This document shows, one piece after another, positions 1 to 12,871 of a stretch of DNA of 64,000 nucleotides. The position numbers and the translations under genes were made by a program. The notes beneath the pieces are model-generated. The model was not told the DNA's origin and searched no databases. It saw only the letters and a list, made by a program, of their open reading frames with translations. Source of the DNA: Amoebidium appalachense. Its lineage: Eukaryota; Protista; Ichthyosporea. Position 1 is the stretch's first letter, and every line of letters starts with the position of its first letter. The stretch is taken from NCBI GenBank assembly GCA_963693365.1, contig CAVNZM010000007.1, positions 7,065,962 to 7,129,961 on the forward strand, given 5' to 3'.

Positions 1-199
1 ATGTACATCTATCTGGAAATTCTCGGGAAATTTAGGTACCTTGCCGGAAAGGAAAGTTGCCGGAAAGATAGGTGAAATTTTGGGAAAGGAGCGAGAAATT
101 TAGGATATCGTGGGATGGATGATCTTGTTTGATCCGAGCGATCTATCTCGGGAATTTCGAAAAAAGGAGGCCGGAAAGATCCAAATTTCTCGTGGTCTA
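1..199. mobile_element. Right end of a non-autonomous DNA element built of short GGAAAGATAGG/GAAATTT motifs, ending ...CTCGTGGTCTA (truncated by window start)
   Basis: Degenerate short motifs (ggaaagatagg, gaaatttagg, ttttgggaaag) recur and stop abruptly at GGTCTA (194-199), the same terminus seen at 14742-14747. Confidence 0.4.
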
Positions 200-834
200 G
201 GGGTATGTATGTGGTATATAGGGTATGGTTTACCGGCTTTTGCCCTCTTCCTTTGGAAGGCACATGATTGGACTGCAAGACTCGTAAACAAACCAAAAAA
301 GGTGGGAGTCTTAACCATGTCCAATGACACTGTTTTCCTGAGAGAGGGGCGATGGGATTGTTTGTAATCCAATCAAAGTGAGCATAACAAGAGCTTGACC
401 GTAGGCTAACTATATAATTGACCGGAACACTGGCGGGCCCGCCAGTGCAGCCTAAGCACCACTTTAAAAAAAATTACTCTTGGAGGGAAACGATTGTAGT
501 GGCTGAAATCGCAAGATTAATGTAATTGGCAGCATTCAACCAATGAAAACAAATGTTTGCAAGCGATTGTTGACACTTTGGAAGGGTATATATGCTGTAA
601 CTTGCAATTGCACTTGACAGAAACACCGTACGATTTCTACTTGTACTCGAATCTCTTCAAAATGGCCTCATTCTCTGCTGCAGCTGTCAGCATTACGAAA
701 CGTAAAAGTACCACTTCCACTTTTCTGGTGGCCGATCTCGTTGCCACTGAGCCCACCAACCATGAAGTGTGTGCGCGTGTGCGCGTGTGTGCCTGTGTAC
801 ACTTTGTGCGCGTGCGTGTGTATATGTGTTTATG

Positions 835-1035
835 GCGAGAAATTTCGAAAGAAATTTAGGTAGCTTTCGAGAAAGACGGGAAATTTCTTGGAAAGATAGG
901 TACCTGGTGGGAAAGATTTTGGGAAAGATAGGTTCATTTTTCAAGAATTTCCGGGAAAGGATCTAGGAAAGTTAGGTCGATTTTGGGAAAGATTGGGAAA
1001 AATCTAAAAGAAAGATAGGTTTTTTTTGAGATAGA
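835..1035. repeat. Second copy/fragment of the GGAAAGATAGG-GAAATTT motif array
   Basis: Shares cgagaaattt, gaaatttaggta, ggaaagataggt and ttttgggaaag with 1-199. Confidence 0.6.
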
Positions 1036-1415
1036 TTTGTAGTGCTTCAAGTTATACCTGTTCTTCGTACAGTCATGTTAGGGGGGAGGGGGGGGGGGGG
1101 GGGGGGGGGGGGCTAGCTTTCATTCCGAAGTTTACTGTAAAGAATTAAAATTTAGAATCTGAGTAATAGTACAGAGCCTTTGCACTTTTCTCTGTTTGTT
1201 AGGAATTCTTTGTGATCGAGAGTATGGTGTGTTAGACTATTGGTGTTAATGTGTCCTGGAAGGTGTATAATGTCTGCTGGCCGTAGTCAGTATCTATTTT
1301 TAGGTATATAGTATATTTTTAAATGTTGGCCGCTGGCCAACAAATAGCAAATAATAAACACACGATAAAGTCAACAGCGTGCCAAAAAACTAATCCCCAG
1401 CGAGCGCACCCAGTG

Positions 1416-1438
1416 ATGTGTGTGTGTGTGTGTGTGTC

Positions 1439-1498
<60 letters not shown>

Positions 1499-1631
1499 CG
1501 CGCGCGTGCGTGCGTGTGTGTGTGTGTGTGCGTGCGTGCGTGTGTGTGTGCGTGTGTGCGTGTGTGCGTGTGTGCGTGTGTGTGTGTGAGTGTGTGTGTG
1601 TGTGTGTGTATGTGTGGTGTGGTGTGTGCGC
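1416..1631. repeat. Compound (TG)n/(CG)n microsatellite, representative of dozens of such tracts in the window
   Basis: Directly visible. Other large tracts include (TC)n 15497-15648 and 43619-43762, (CA)n 37847-37980 and poly-G 2835-2883. Confidence 0.95.
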
Positions 1632-2800
1632 GGCTTGTACATATGTACGTGTTCATGTGCACCTGTGTCGGACCTACGAAGTACATGAAAGTAAATTTTG
1701 ACAGCATCGATCTGCCGGTGTGTATGTGTATGTGTGCCAGTGCAGCAGGTGTGCCTTGTAACTGATAGCTTCGCATTTTACGTGTGTGTATATATAGTAG
1801 TACGCATAGACACTTGCTGATCATTCGGATCGACATTAATATTTAATCTGTCGGTCCTCGGTTTTTTGAGTGAATGATGATCAAGTGTAAGAGCATTCAC
1901 TTGGCAAGTATTAATGTTGCAGAGGCTAGCTGCAGCTGCAAGCGTCGGATGCACACTGACAATTGTCTTTTCAGCGAGTCTAACCTGCAGGCAGCAGCTG
2001 CACACATATAGGGTTGTTATCTTGCGGCACATGCACGGTGATCATTTCAGAGTAATAGAGTTCAGAGCAATGAAAATAATGAAAATAACTAAACTTTGTG
2101 ACTACTTTAAAGTTGCTGAGATCATACGTGGTGCAAGCTGCACTATGAACACATGTATAGTGCTAGTAATTAATACATTTTTGTTGCCTTCTGCAGGGTT
2201 ATCGTAGCTACGTCACGGCCTGCACTCAGGGGGGGGAGGGGGGGGGGGGGAGAGGGGGGATGATTCGAAGGGGGTATAAATAAGAACATGCACCTAAAGG
2301 TCTTTCCCGTGGATCCTCCCCCCTCCCCCCCCACCTCTCCCTCCCCCGGGGCCCCATACTATGATATCTAGGCCCAATATTATATGCCCCTTCCCCCCCC
2401 CCCCCCCCCCCCTCCTCTCCGGATCCCCGGACCCCACTTCCCTACCCGGAGGCTCAAGAGCTCCCCCCTTCCCCTTCCCCCCTCCCCCCCCCCCCCCCCA
2501 AGGCTTACGGGGGCCCTTCTTCATCGAGGGGGAGGGGGTGGGGGTGGGGGGGGGTGGGGGGAGGGGGAAGTGGAAGGCGGGGGTGGATGCATGTCAGCCT
2601 AGGTGAATTCAATTGTTTAACTCCAGTGTGCAGGACTGGTCTGAAGGCTTAAGAAAACAACGAGGAAATGGGGTCCAGTGGAGGTGGTGGTGGTGTTCTG
2701 TGTGTGTGTGTACACGTGCACGTATGTGTGTGGTTTTTTTAAGGGGTGAGTGGTGGTGGTGGTGGTGGTGGTGGTCACCGTGGTGGTGGTGTGTGTGTCT

Positions 2801-2884
<84 letters not shown>

Positions 2885-4661
2885 TAGAAAGAAAAACTGC
2901 TCGTGGGTCACTGTTTTTCGTCACTGTATTTGTAACGGGCCGCTCATATTTATATAACTACTTTAATTTAAGTACACGTGTTCATTATCATATACGATGG
3001 CCAAATATAGAAATTTTGGCGTCGAAGTTCTTGGAGCTAAAAAAACGTTTAAAAGGGGGAAATAATAGCTTGGCCCCAAATTTACCTTGCCGTTTTTAGC
3101 GAATGTATTTTTTATTCATGAGTTCTAGTGATTCAGTGAGTGCACGTGCCTGCCTCAGGCTGATCATGACAACTGCAACACACCATTCCTACATGGATAT
3201 CAACCAAAAGAAAATAGTATATACTGTGGTGGTCTCCTAAACCTTGTGCGGCATGCGCATACATGATATTACAGTGACGCATGTGCATATTATTGTTCTG
3301 TACACCGGAGTGTGCCGGTGCACGTGGCTGTTTTGTGCACATGTTACAATAGCAGCACGATCTCCCTAAACTCCATGTTTACACATCCCTCACCCTGGCT
3401 CTGCCTTGTCGGTGCTCCAAAACACACATACAAATCCCCCTAGACTCAGTGCCTGCACATGGTCGCATTCACGTGCAGGTCACGTGACACATGCGATGCC
3501 ATACTGCCGTCTACAGCAACAACCACGGCAGCATGTATACCGGCCCAGCACGAAATATACTTATCGGCAGCCCACTGAACTCGCCCATTTTCTCTTTTTC
3601 ATGTATGTCCCTCCTTTTTTGTAAAATCACCCTTTTTGGCCTCCCGGTAGTGGATTTTGCAGGATTTGACTTCTTTGAGGTCCAAAAACCTCAAATTTTC
3701 CCCGGCGGGGCCGGGGAGGGAGAATTCAAAAATTGCCCGCTCCTGATATGGTACCCGGGCCCCTCGCGTGCACGCCACATTCCACTGCAAATAGACAAAT
3801 CTGAAAGTGCACGTGCCCGCCGAGGCTACTAATATTAGCATGTGAGTGTAGTGCGTCAAAAATTATGCTGAGCTCGCACTCAATAGAACAGGGTTTCATA
3901 TGCATACCACAGACTTTGACAGCTTCACTGATTTCTGAAAGCACGCATATGGTAAGAAATTATTATTATGCTATAGTACATATACATGTACAGTACAGTA
4001 GAGTGGCAGAAAAACAAGGCCTTGATATATATATATATATATATATAAAGATTCATCTATCCTCAATTTTTGCTTTTTTTTTATAAAAAAAGGAAGAACA
4101 GATAATGCCATAACTAAATACCCCAACTCAGCCAGCCAAGCTTGGAAATCGAACAGCTGGCAGTGCTGGCACATGCACATGCATGTACAGCATCGAGATC
4201 TGGAGCGCGCGCGCAAGCTGGCACCATAGCCTATCAAGCAGGCCTAGGGATACTAAATAGCCTCAGTTACCGCGGTCTTCAATATTAGTGTTAAAGGTTG
4301 TCTTGAAAGTATTCTCCTCTTCCTTGTCATTTCCATTATCTTTTTTTCTCTCAAACAGAGCGAGACTTTCGCGTTCTGGCAGCCACATACTGCACTCCAG
4401 GATGTGAAATTAGCAGTTTTTATGTGGCAGCCGAAATTGTCGCTGGACACTCCGAAAAATGTCCAAAGGTTTTTGAGGTAAAGTTTCAATCACTGGCTCC
4501 AGTACACCCAACAATAAAAAAAGAAAAAACAGTTGGTGGCTCTTTTGGGCCACTCAGACAGGGAAAAGGTTGGTATGGCACCAGCCAAATACCAGTTTCA
4601 CACCCTGCTGCAGTCTGCTGATACCGTGGTCCTCTGATACGGTCTACATATCACTTTGCGT

Positions 4662-4753
4662 TAACCAATCAGCGTAGCTCCTTTTATCCTGTGCATTCAC
4701 AGCTCCTTTGCAACGATTGGTTGGGTTAAAAAAACCGAGGAAAAGGTATATAG
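4662..4753 (+). promoter_or_regulatory. Putative core promoter: CCAAT (4665), reverse CCAAT (4716), TATATA (4747)
   Basis: Motifs lie 160-250 nt upstream of the ATG at 4913, and the same order recurs upstream of the paralogue. Confidence 0.5.
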
Positions 4754-4912
4754 AGAGAAGATCCACCACCACAATCCGAAGCGCAGATTGAACTTCACGC
4801 GTTTCGTTTCAAAAAGTAATGGCGACAACAAAACAAGAAGCATGCGCATACACTTTATACATTATTAAAGCAACATAAATACACGCTTTAGTAACAACAA
4901 CAACCATAAAAA

Positions 4913-5671
4913 ATGTCGGACAGGCCAAAAAATCTACCGGCCGGGGCTGAAAAGAAATACCCCGCCACTGGTGTTGACCATCCCACCACAGTCACCAACG
5001 CCTACTCTATAGACGGCTCTGAATCGCAACCAAACACATATGTGAACGAGCGCAACTGGTCAGGCGCCGCATTCAGAACTTCAGTGCCCGATACACAGGC
5101 ACAGGAACGATCATCCGGTGGGTTTCTGCGTCACCGTTCCTTGCGTCAAAGTGTGCGCAGAGCTGTCCAGGCCATTGTTGCTGAGGGCAATGATGTGGGG
5201 CAGTGGGCGCAAGAGGATGATGTGCCAGCACCACCCGAGGACTCTGAAGATGAGGAGGATGAGAGGAGGGCTGGTAGAAAGGACGAAGAGGCCCCGTCTG
5301 TCGTTGGACTTAAGCCGGAGGAGTTCCGCCAGAAATATGCAAAGCTTCCTGCAATTGTTCGTCGCCCACGCCGAGTTTTCTCCACCTATCGCCGCCTGTT
5401 TGCCTTGTGCTTTGCTGCAAACGTTGCCATGCTGGTGTGTGTTGCCACGGGCGTGTGGGACGGGGCCGTAGACCACCTAGGGCTGATTGTGATTGCAAAC
5501 ATTGCAGTCACCGTCACCATCCGCTGTGAGCTGCTGCTGAATGGCCTCTACATGGTCGCCACCAAACTGCCTCGGTCCGCACCCCTGGGACTGCGTCTGT
5601 TTGTTTCCCGCCTGCTTTACCACATTGGTGAGTGTTTGGCTTATCTAAGCTTGACGTGTTTGGCTGTTTCC

Positions 5672-5709
<38 letters not shown>

Positions 5710-6809
5710 AGGGGTCCGGTTGAGTGCCGATCGTGATGTGGTTGTCCGTTGGTAGTTTGCAGGAAACTTTACTCGAGTCAGACAATGTTGCTCAACTCTT
5801 GCATTGTGCATTGTGCTCGGTGATTTCCGCTTTATTTCGTCTCGCATTGGAGTACTTTGGCCTTGTTAAAGCTGTTTGGAAAAAAGGTGTTAATAGAGAG
5901 ACAAAATCAAAATCTCATTGTTTCTTGATGATTGCAGGTGGCATCCACAGTGGCTGTGGCACGTCTGCCCTCATGTGGATGATCTACTTCGTTATCCACA
6001 CCACACAGGCCTACGTCAACCACACAGGGCAGGCGCCAGTAGCGCCAACAACTCCTCACACACCCGGTCAGGCTCTCACCAATGTTCTTACGTCATATAT
6101 GTTGCTCGAAGAAGGAGGTGCCCCCGTGCCCAGCCTGGCGACTGTCGTGACGTCATACCTGCTGCTGGTGGTCACGGTGCTGCAGGTGGCCAGTGCCATT
6201 GTGCCCAAGTTCCGCCACGCCTACCACAACACCTTCGAGCTCATGCACAGGTTCTGTGGCTGGACCGCCCTGGCCCTCACATGGGCGCTTGTCTTTACCG
6301 TGTCCAGCGACAAGGTATGCACTGTGCATAGTTACTGTAGGGGCTGTTGTCGGAGATATTGGGTTGGGTTGTTACGGATTATCGGGTATATATGTCTATG
6401 TGCACTTGCCTAAGTTTTATGAACGTTTTACAATGAGCGCTTCTGCCAGCACCAGGACTGGACCTTATCCGACTCTGCTGCTAAATCTCATGGTCACCCA
6501 TTAGTGCCCCCAATCCCCCCTCTCTCCCTCTCTCCCCCCCCCCATTAGGCTCCCCCCCCCCCCCCAACCCACCACCACCACCACCACCACCACTCTCTTC
6601 CCTGCAGGCTACCCTCCCTCCCCCCTCCCTTTCCCTCTCTCCCCCCGCCTACCGCCCACACACACAGACACCCACTGCCTTCCTATTCAACATTCCCCAT
6701 CCCCTCACCCCCCCCCCCCCTTCCCCCCCCCCCCCCCCGGGCCCTCTTAAGCCTTCCCTTTTAAGCTTCCTTTTCCCCCCCGACTCCCCCTGTACACACC
6801 CCTTCTCCC

Positions 6810-6885
<76 letters not shown>

Positions 6886-7800
6886 AACACACACACACGT
6901 ACACGCACACACACAAGTTGCACCCGCCACCAGCAAGCACCCAACGCTAGCCATAGCACACGACCACACTACCAACCCCACCAGCATACATACAAACAAG
7001 CCTCGGTTCATAAAGGTGCATGGATTTGATTGGAGCTAACAAAGTGTTTTCCTTGTAATTTCGCACAGATTGCCCCTCTCCCTGCCAGCAACATCATCTA
7101 CGAGCACATTCTTGTGCGTCAGGCCGAGCTGTGGCTGGTGGTGTACATCACCATCGTCATTGTCATGCCGTGGACCCGCATGGAGCGTGTGCCCGTCAAG
7201 ACCGTCGTGCCCTCCCCCCACTGCATTGCCATCACATTCCCGGACGGCCCGGCCGCCGGCACCTTTGGCCGTGTGAGCCTCAGCCCCCTGACCGAGTGGC
7301 ACACCTTTGCCACCATCTCACCCAGAAAGGACGCCGACGAACACCGCATGATCATGGCGGCCGCAGGTGATTGGACGAAAGGCGTCATCAAGAACCCCCC
7401 CACTCACATGTACGTGCGGCGCATCCGCTGCCCCGGGTTCATGTACACGGTCAAGATGTACAACAGGGTGGTGCTGATGGCCACGGGGGCCGGCATTGCG
7501 CCAGTACTGCCGCACATCATGCAGAGCACCACGCAGATGTTCATCCTGTGGGTCACAAAGAACCCGCGGTCGTTTTTTGGGGACGAGGTGACGGATCTTG
7601 TGTACAACAGCGCGCACCGGCGGGTGTGGGACACGGCGGTGGACGGACGGCCGGACATGGTGGGGCTGGCACTGCAGGCCATGGAGGAGTTTGGGGCCGA
7701 GGCGCTGCACATTGTGGCTAACGAGCCCGTCACAAAGCAGGTCGTCTACGGCCTGAGCTGCCGCGGTTTGACGGCTTTCGGCGCTATATGGGACTCGTAG
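4913..7800 (+). CDS. TmpA-family membrane flavoprotein/oxidoreductase (ferric-reductase-like TM region + FAD/NAD(P)-binding domain), 607 aa; exons 4913-5627, 5938-6314, 7069-7800
   Basis: GT-AG introns with matching phases (1,0) and a GCTAAC branch site at ~7035. Motifs LYHIGGIHSGCG, HNTFELMHRFCGW, EWHTFAT, AGDWT, ATGAGIAP and C-terminal AFGAIWDS are typical of Aspergillus TmpA/TmpL and bacterial homologues (recalled). Confidence 0.85.
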
Positions 7801-8021
7801 GTGCATTGTCACGATGTGTGGGGTTTTATTTGGAGAAGTGTAAGCAAGGGTAAGTCTTGTTTTGTTACTTCGTTAGTCCTCACATTTTGCAATTGGTTTC
7901 CACTAGTAATTTCTTCTGCTGGAGTTCTCTCCCCCCCCACCCCCCTCCCCTCCCCTCCCTCCCCCCCCCCCCCCCCCTCCCCCTTGGCACCAGAGTGCAT
8001 GGCCCAATCTGGCCGCGCGCA

Positions 8022-8057
<36 letters not shown>

Positions 8058-8566
8058 CACACACACACTGCTAAAAAAATTTCTTGCAATGCTCTTGTGT
8101 CAAACAGGTTGTTTTTATCAGTAGTGCTTCGAATCCGAGCGGGAATCATTGCTGCATTCGAATACTAGCGGAATGTTGTTTGTGATGTATACATACATGC
8201 TTATTACTGTGTGCATGTTAGAGGGCGCATTCGGGGAGACAAGGTACACGTAATAGCCAATGCTTAAGGTGGACATAATTTATCTGTTTAATATCTGTTG
8301 TAAGATGTGGTCGAAATACCACCTTAAAAACACTGAAATGATTAATACTGAGTGATGGCCGGCCTAACTTTTTGTACATAAGTGAAGGTGATATCAACTC
8401 TTATTTCAGATTTAAGAAATCTCTTATTTCACGGCGGTTAAGGTTGCAGATTCGTCTATTTACCCCTCCCCCCCCACAACCACCACCAAAACCTCCAGTT
8501 CCGCTCCCAAACCCCAATCTCACCTCACCCCCCTCCCCACCATCCTCTTCCTCCCCCTCCCTGCCC

Positions 8567-8600
<34 letters not shown>

Positions 8601-9757
8601 GGACCAATGCTATCCCAATGGGGCACCGACTCACACATGCACATCACACTACCACTGTGACATGCTCCGTTCACACGTTCGGGGTTGGGAAGAATCTTTG
8701 ACCCTGAATTGTCTGCCTGCTTGATCTGCCCAAAAGGCTTAGGTTGACCCCCTCCCTCCCCCACCCACCCATTTACCCACATACATCACCTAACAGACAT
8801 CCGTCTGCACACTGACACACCTCCCCCCCCACCCCTCTTTTGTGTATTCCTATGTGTCCTACCGATCACAAGGCCTCAATTTGGATACTAACCTGTCTTG
8901 GCTTCTCTAGATGCACACAACACAATGCAACTGCTTTCTTTCTTTTTTTTGGGGGAGGGGGGGGGGGGGGGGGGGGGGGAGTGTGGTAGGGAGGGGTGGG
9001 GGGGGGGGGGGGGGAGGGGGGAGGGGCAAGTGGTAGGGAGGGGGAGGGGGGAGGGAGGGGGGGCTTAGCGATTTAGGGGGTGTCTAAAGTTTTATTACAG
9101 ATTTATAGTCTGTCAGACTTGCAGAACCAATACCAAGCTACCTCTCCTGCGCACACTGCACGTGCTGTTGGTAGTGGTGGTGAGGGGGGGGGGGGGGAGG
9201 GGGGAATCCACAAGAGAGGCCCGGGGGAAGGGAGGGTGGGGGGGGGGGGGAATGGAGGGCGGAGGGAGGGGGAGATAGGGGGGGAGGGGGGGGGGGGGGA
9301 GGGGAGGTTCAGGGGTCACACTAACCCCCCTCCCCTCATCCGCCCCCCCCCTCCCCCCACCCACGCATACACACACACCAAAAAACGTGGCACGTTGCAG
9401 CAGTTACACTAATAAAACAACACAACCGCCACCACAGGCTGCCGTTTATGTACCCCCCTCCCCCCCCCCCCCCCGCCCCCTCCCCTCGCTACCCATTCCG
9501 CTCCCCTTTTCTGGGGACGGTACCTGCCATCGTGTGGGGATGGCCAAAGTTCCCCCTTTAATTGAAAAGAAGAAGGCTTACCCCCCCCCCCCCCCCCCCC
9601 TCTCCCCCCCTCCTTCCCCCCCCCTCCCCCCCCCCCCCCCCCCCCCCCCCTCCCCCCCCAAAGGCGCTGCTCTCCTGCAACAACAACCCCACTCTCTCTC
9701 CCCCCCCCCCCCCCTCCCCCAACCCACCCCCTGTGTGTGTGTGTGTGTGGGGGGGGG

Positions 9758-9811
<54 letters not shown>

Positions 9812-10024
9812 TTAGTATGTGTGTGTGTGTGTGCGAGCGTGTGTGCGTACACGTGTGTTTGCGCATGCGTGTGCGTGCGTGTGCATGGGTGGGTGCGTGC
9901 ATGCTAGGGCCCCGGGTAATGGAGCTCGTGTGTGTGTGCACCCTGGGAATCAGGCTGTGTGTCCCTGTGTGCTTATGTTAGCCGCTATATCATGCGGCAT
10001 GTGCATGCATCAATTGTGTGTGTT

Positions 10025-10085
<61 letters not shown>

Positions 10086-10657
10086 ACGCACGGTTGTGTG
10101 GGTCGGTGTGGGTGGTTGGGTAGATGGATGGGTGGGTGTAAGGGAGGGGAGGGGGAGGTGGGAGCTCGAGGGAGGAGGGGGGGGATGGTTTTCACGTTGT
10201 CAGAAACAAAATCCCATGTGGATGGACTTTGGGATGGATTTTGATCATCGTGCAGCAATGGATGTAGCGGGTGTGTGCATCTGGTTGGAAGGGTGTGCAT
10301 GATGTAAACACATGCCAATATATTTCGGAGCAATTTTTCGCTCTTTCATGTAGGCATACCACTAGCAGCCAACTTTGAAACTCATCAGTAAGTAGGTAAC
10401 CGTACAAAAAAATTACTTTCGAGTCACTATACACGCAACTCTCTCGATGTACAACAGTGTTTCTTAACAAATGTAGTACAATGCTATCTGAGTACGATGG
10501 ATTCACTTCTTATCCCAGCAACGACATATTTCGATAGGTATTTATGTACACTGCCATAATGCTTAGGCTGGCATAAATGGTGCAAGTGCAAAACCATCCA
10601 TCCAACATATTTTTCTCTTTCGGATAGTTTATATATCTGGACAGCAAATATTTCGAC

Positions 10658-11863
10658 CTACGAGTCCCATATAGCGCCGAAAGCTGTCAAACCGCGGCAG
10701 CTCAGGCCGTAGACGACCTGCTTTGTGACGGGCTCGTTAGCCACAATGTGCAGCGCCTCGGCCCCAAACTCCTCCATGGCCTGCAGTGCCAGCCCCACCA
10801 TGTCCGGCCGCCCGTCCACCGCCGTGTCCCACACCCGCCGGTGTGCGCTGTTGTACACAAGATCCGTAATCTCATCACCGAAAGACGACCGCGGGTTCTT
10901 TGTGACCCATAAAATGAACATCTGTGTGGTGTTCTGCATGATGTGCGGCAGCACCGGCGCAATACCGGCCCCCGTGGCCATCAGCACCACCCTGTTGTAC
11001 ATCTTGACCGTGTACATGAACCCGGGGCAGCGGATGCGCCGCACGTACATGTGCGTGGGGGGGTTCTTGATGACGTCTTTCGTCCAATCACCTGCGGCGG
11101 CCATAATCATGCGGTGTTCGTCGGCGTCCTTTGTGGGTGAGATGGTGGCAAAGCTGTGCCACTCGGTCAGGGGGCTGAGGCTCACACGGCCAAAGGTGCC
11201 GGCGGCTGGGCCGTCCGGGAATGTGATGGCAATGCAGTGGGGGGAGGGCACGACGGTCTTGACGGGCACACGCTCCATGCGGGTCCACGGCATGACAATG
11301 ACGATGGTGATGTACACCACCAGCCACAGCTCGGCCTGGCGCACAAGAATGTGCTCGTAGATGATGTTGCTGGCAGGGAGAGGTGCAACCTGCGAGCAAT
11401 AAAAGATGGTTAGTTCAATAAATTGAGATGTCACACAGTAATTATTGGTAACGGGGAAAAGAAAACCATGAGCACCGATATGTGCGAGGTGGAGAGGAAG
11501 GGGGAATAGGAATGATATATGGGCAGGAGAATCAGACCAGTGAGACCCGGCTGGTTGGACCGGAGGGAGGATGGGGTAGCGGGGGCCTAGAAAGGGTGCA
11601 GAAAACAGTGCACTCTTCTCTAAACTCGGAATATTATTCCTACTTATAATTATAGACTCAGGCTGATAGACAGTGAAATCTTACGTTTTGATGTATGTGT
11701 AACCCTCCTCCCTGCCCCTTCAACCCCCCTCCCCCGGGCCCCCCACCCCACCCCGGCCCCCTTCGCCCACTCCACCCCATGGCCTTCTCCTCCCCCCCCC
11801 CCCCCCCCCCCCCCCCACAAAAAAAAATAATAATAATAAAAAAAGGCTACAGGTGTGCTTTCT

Positions 11864-11894
<31 letters not shown>

Positions 11895-12818
11895 TCCCTC
11901 TCCCGCCCGACACCGATCCCCCCCGCAAATTGAATGACTCTTAAGTTTTGATGCATGTGTAACCTTCCTCACCGCCCCCCTCCCCCCCCTCTCCCCTAGG
12001 CCTACCAATACCCCACCCGATCCCACCCTTCTTCTCCCGTTGAAAAAGCTACAGGTGTGCTTTCTTGCCGTCCCCCCCCCCCCCCCCCCCCCCCCCCTCC
12101 CCCTCCCCTCTCCCGCCCGACACCCGTCCCCACCCTAAAAAACAGCCCGCATCGGCAACAGACAAAAGCAACATCGCAGGCTGCAGCTTATATATGTATG
12201 CACATTGACGTGCATAAACATACCTTATCCCTGGCCGAGGAAAAGACGAGCACCCATGTGAGGGCCAGGGCGGTCCAGCCACAGAACCTGTGCATGAGCT
12301 CGAAGGTGTTGTGGTAGGCGTGGCGGAACTTGGGCACAATGGCGCTGGCCACCTGCAGCACCGTGGCCACCAGCAGCAAATATGACGTCACGACAGTTGC
12401 TAGGCTGGGAACGGGGGCACCTGCAGTATTAACTGTAACGGTGTGGTTGATGGCATTGTTGTGGGCTCTTGAGATGTGGTGGACAAAGTAGATCATCCAC
12501 ATGAGGGCAGACGTGCCACAGCCGCTGTGGATGCCACCTGCAGGGTATTTTGGTGTTAGTATGGATGTCACTACAAACGTGTGTGTGTGCACATATCCAT
12601 ATCACACGGCGATTTGGTAGTTGACAACATAGGGTACACAAGCATTAGTATTCTCAAACCTAGCCTAGTGCATGCCCCTGTGAAATATGTGCATCAATAG
12701 CACGTATGATCTTGAGATGTTGAACCAGAACTGCGCACATCGTGAGACATGATACTACTTGCCGCGTGTTCAAAGTTGGAAATTCTATTCCCCCCCCCCC
12801 CCCCCCTCCCCCCCCTCC

Positions 12819-12871
<53 letters not shown>

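Noticed and set aside
1-1035. Possible CRISPR array or telomeric repeat
   Set aside because: Motifs are short, degenerate and irregularly spaced, with no constant repeat/spacer period and no cas genes; the context is eukaryotic.
4258-4646. Possible TIR element (tagcctcag..accgcggt / accgtggt..ctgatacggtcta)
   Set aside because: Terminal match too gapped to support a call.
10725-11360. 211-aa ORF antisense to TmpA exon 3 (and similar shadows at 7318-7812, 44624-45361, 53622-54098)
   Set aside because: Antisense shadows of GC3-rich real exons.
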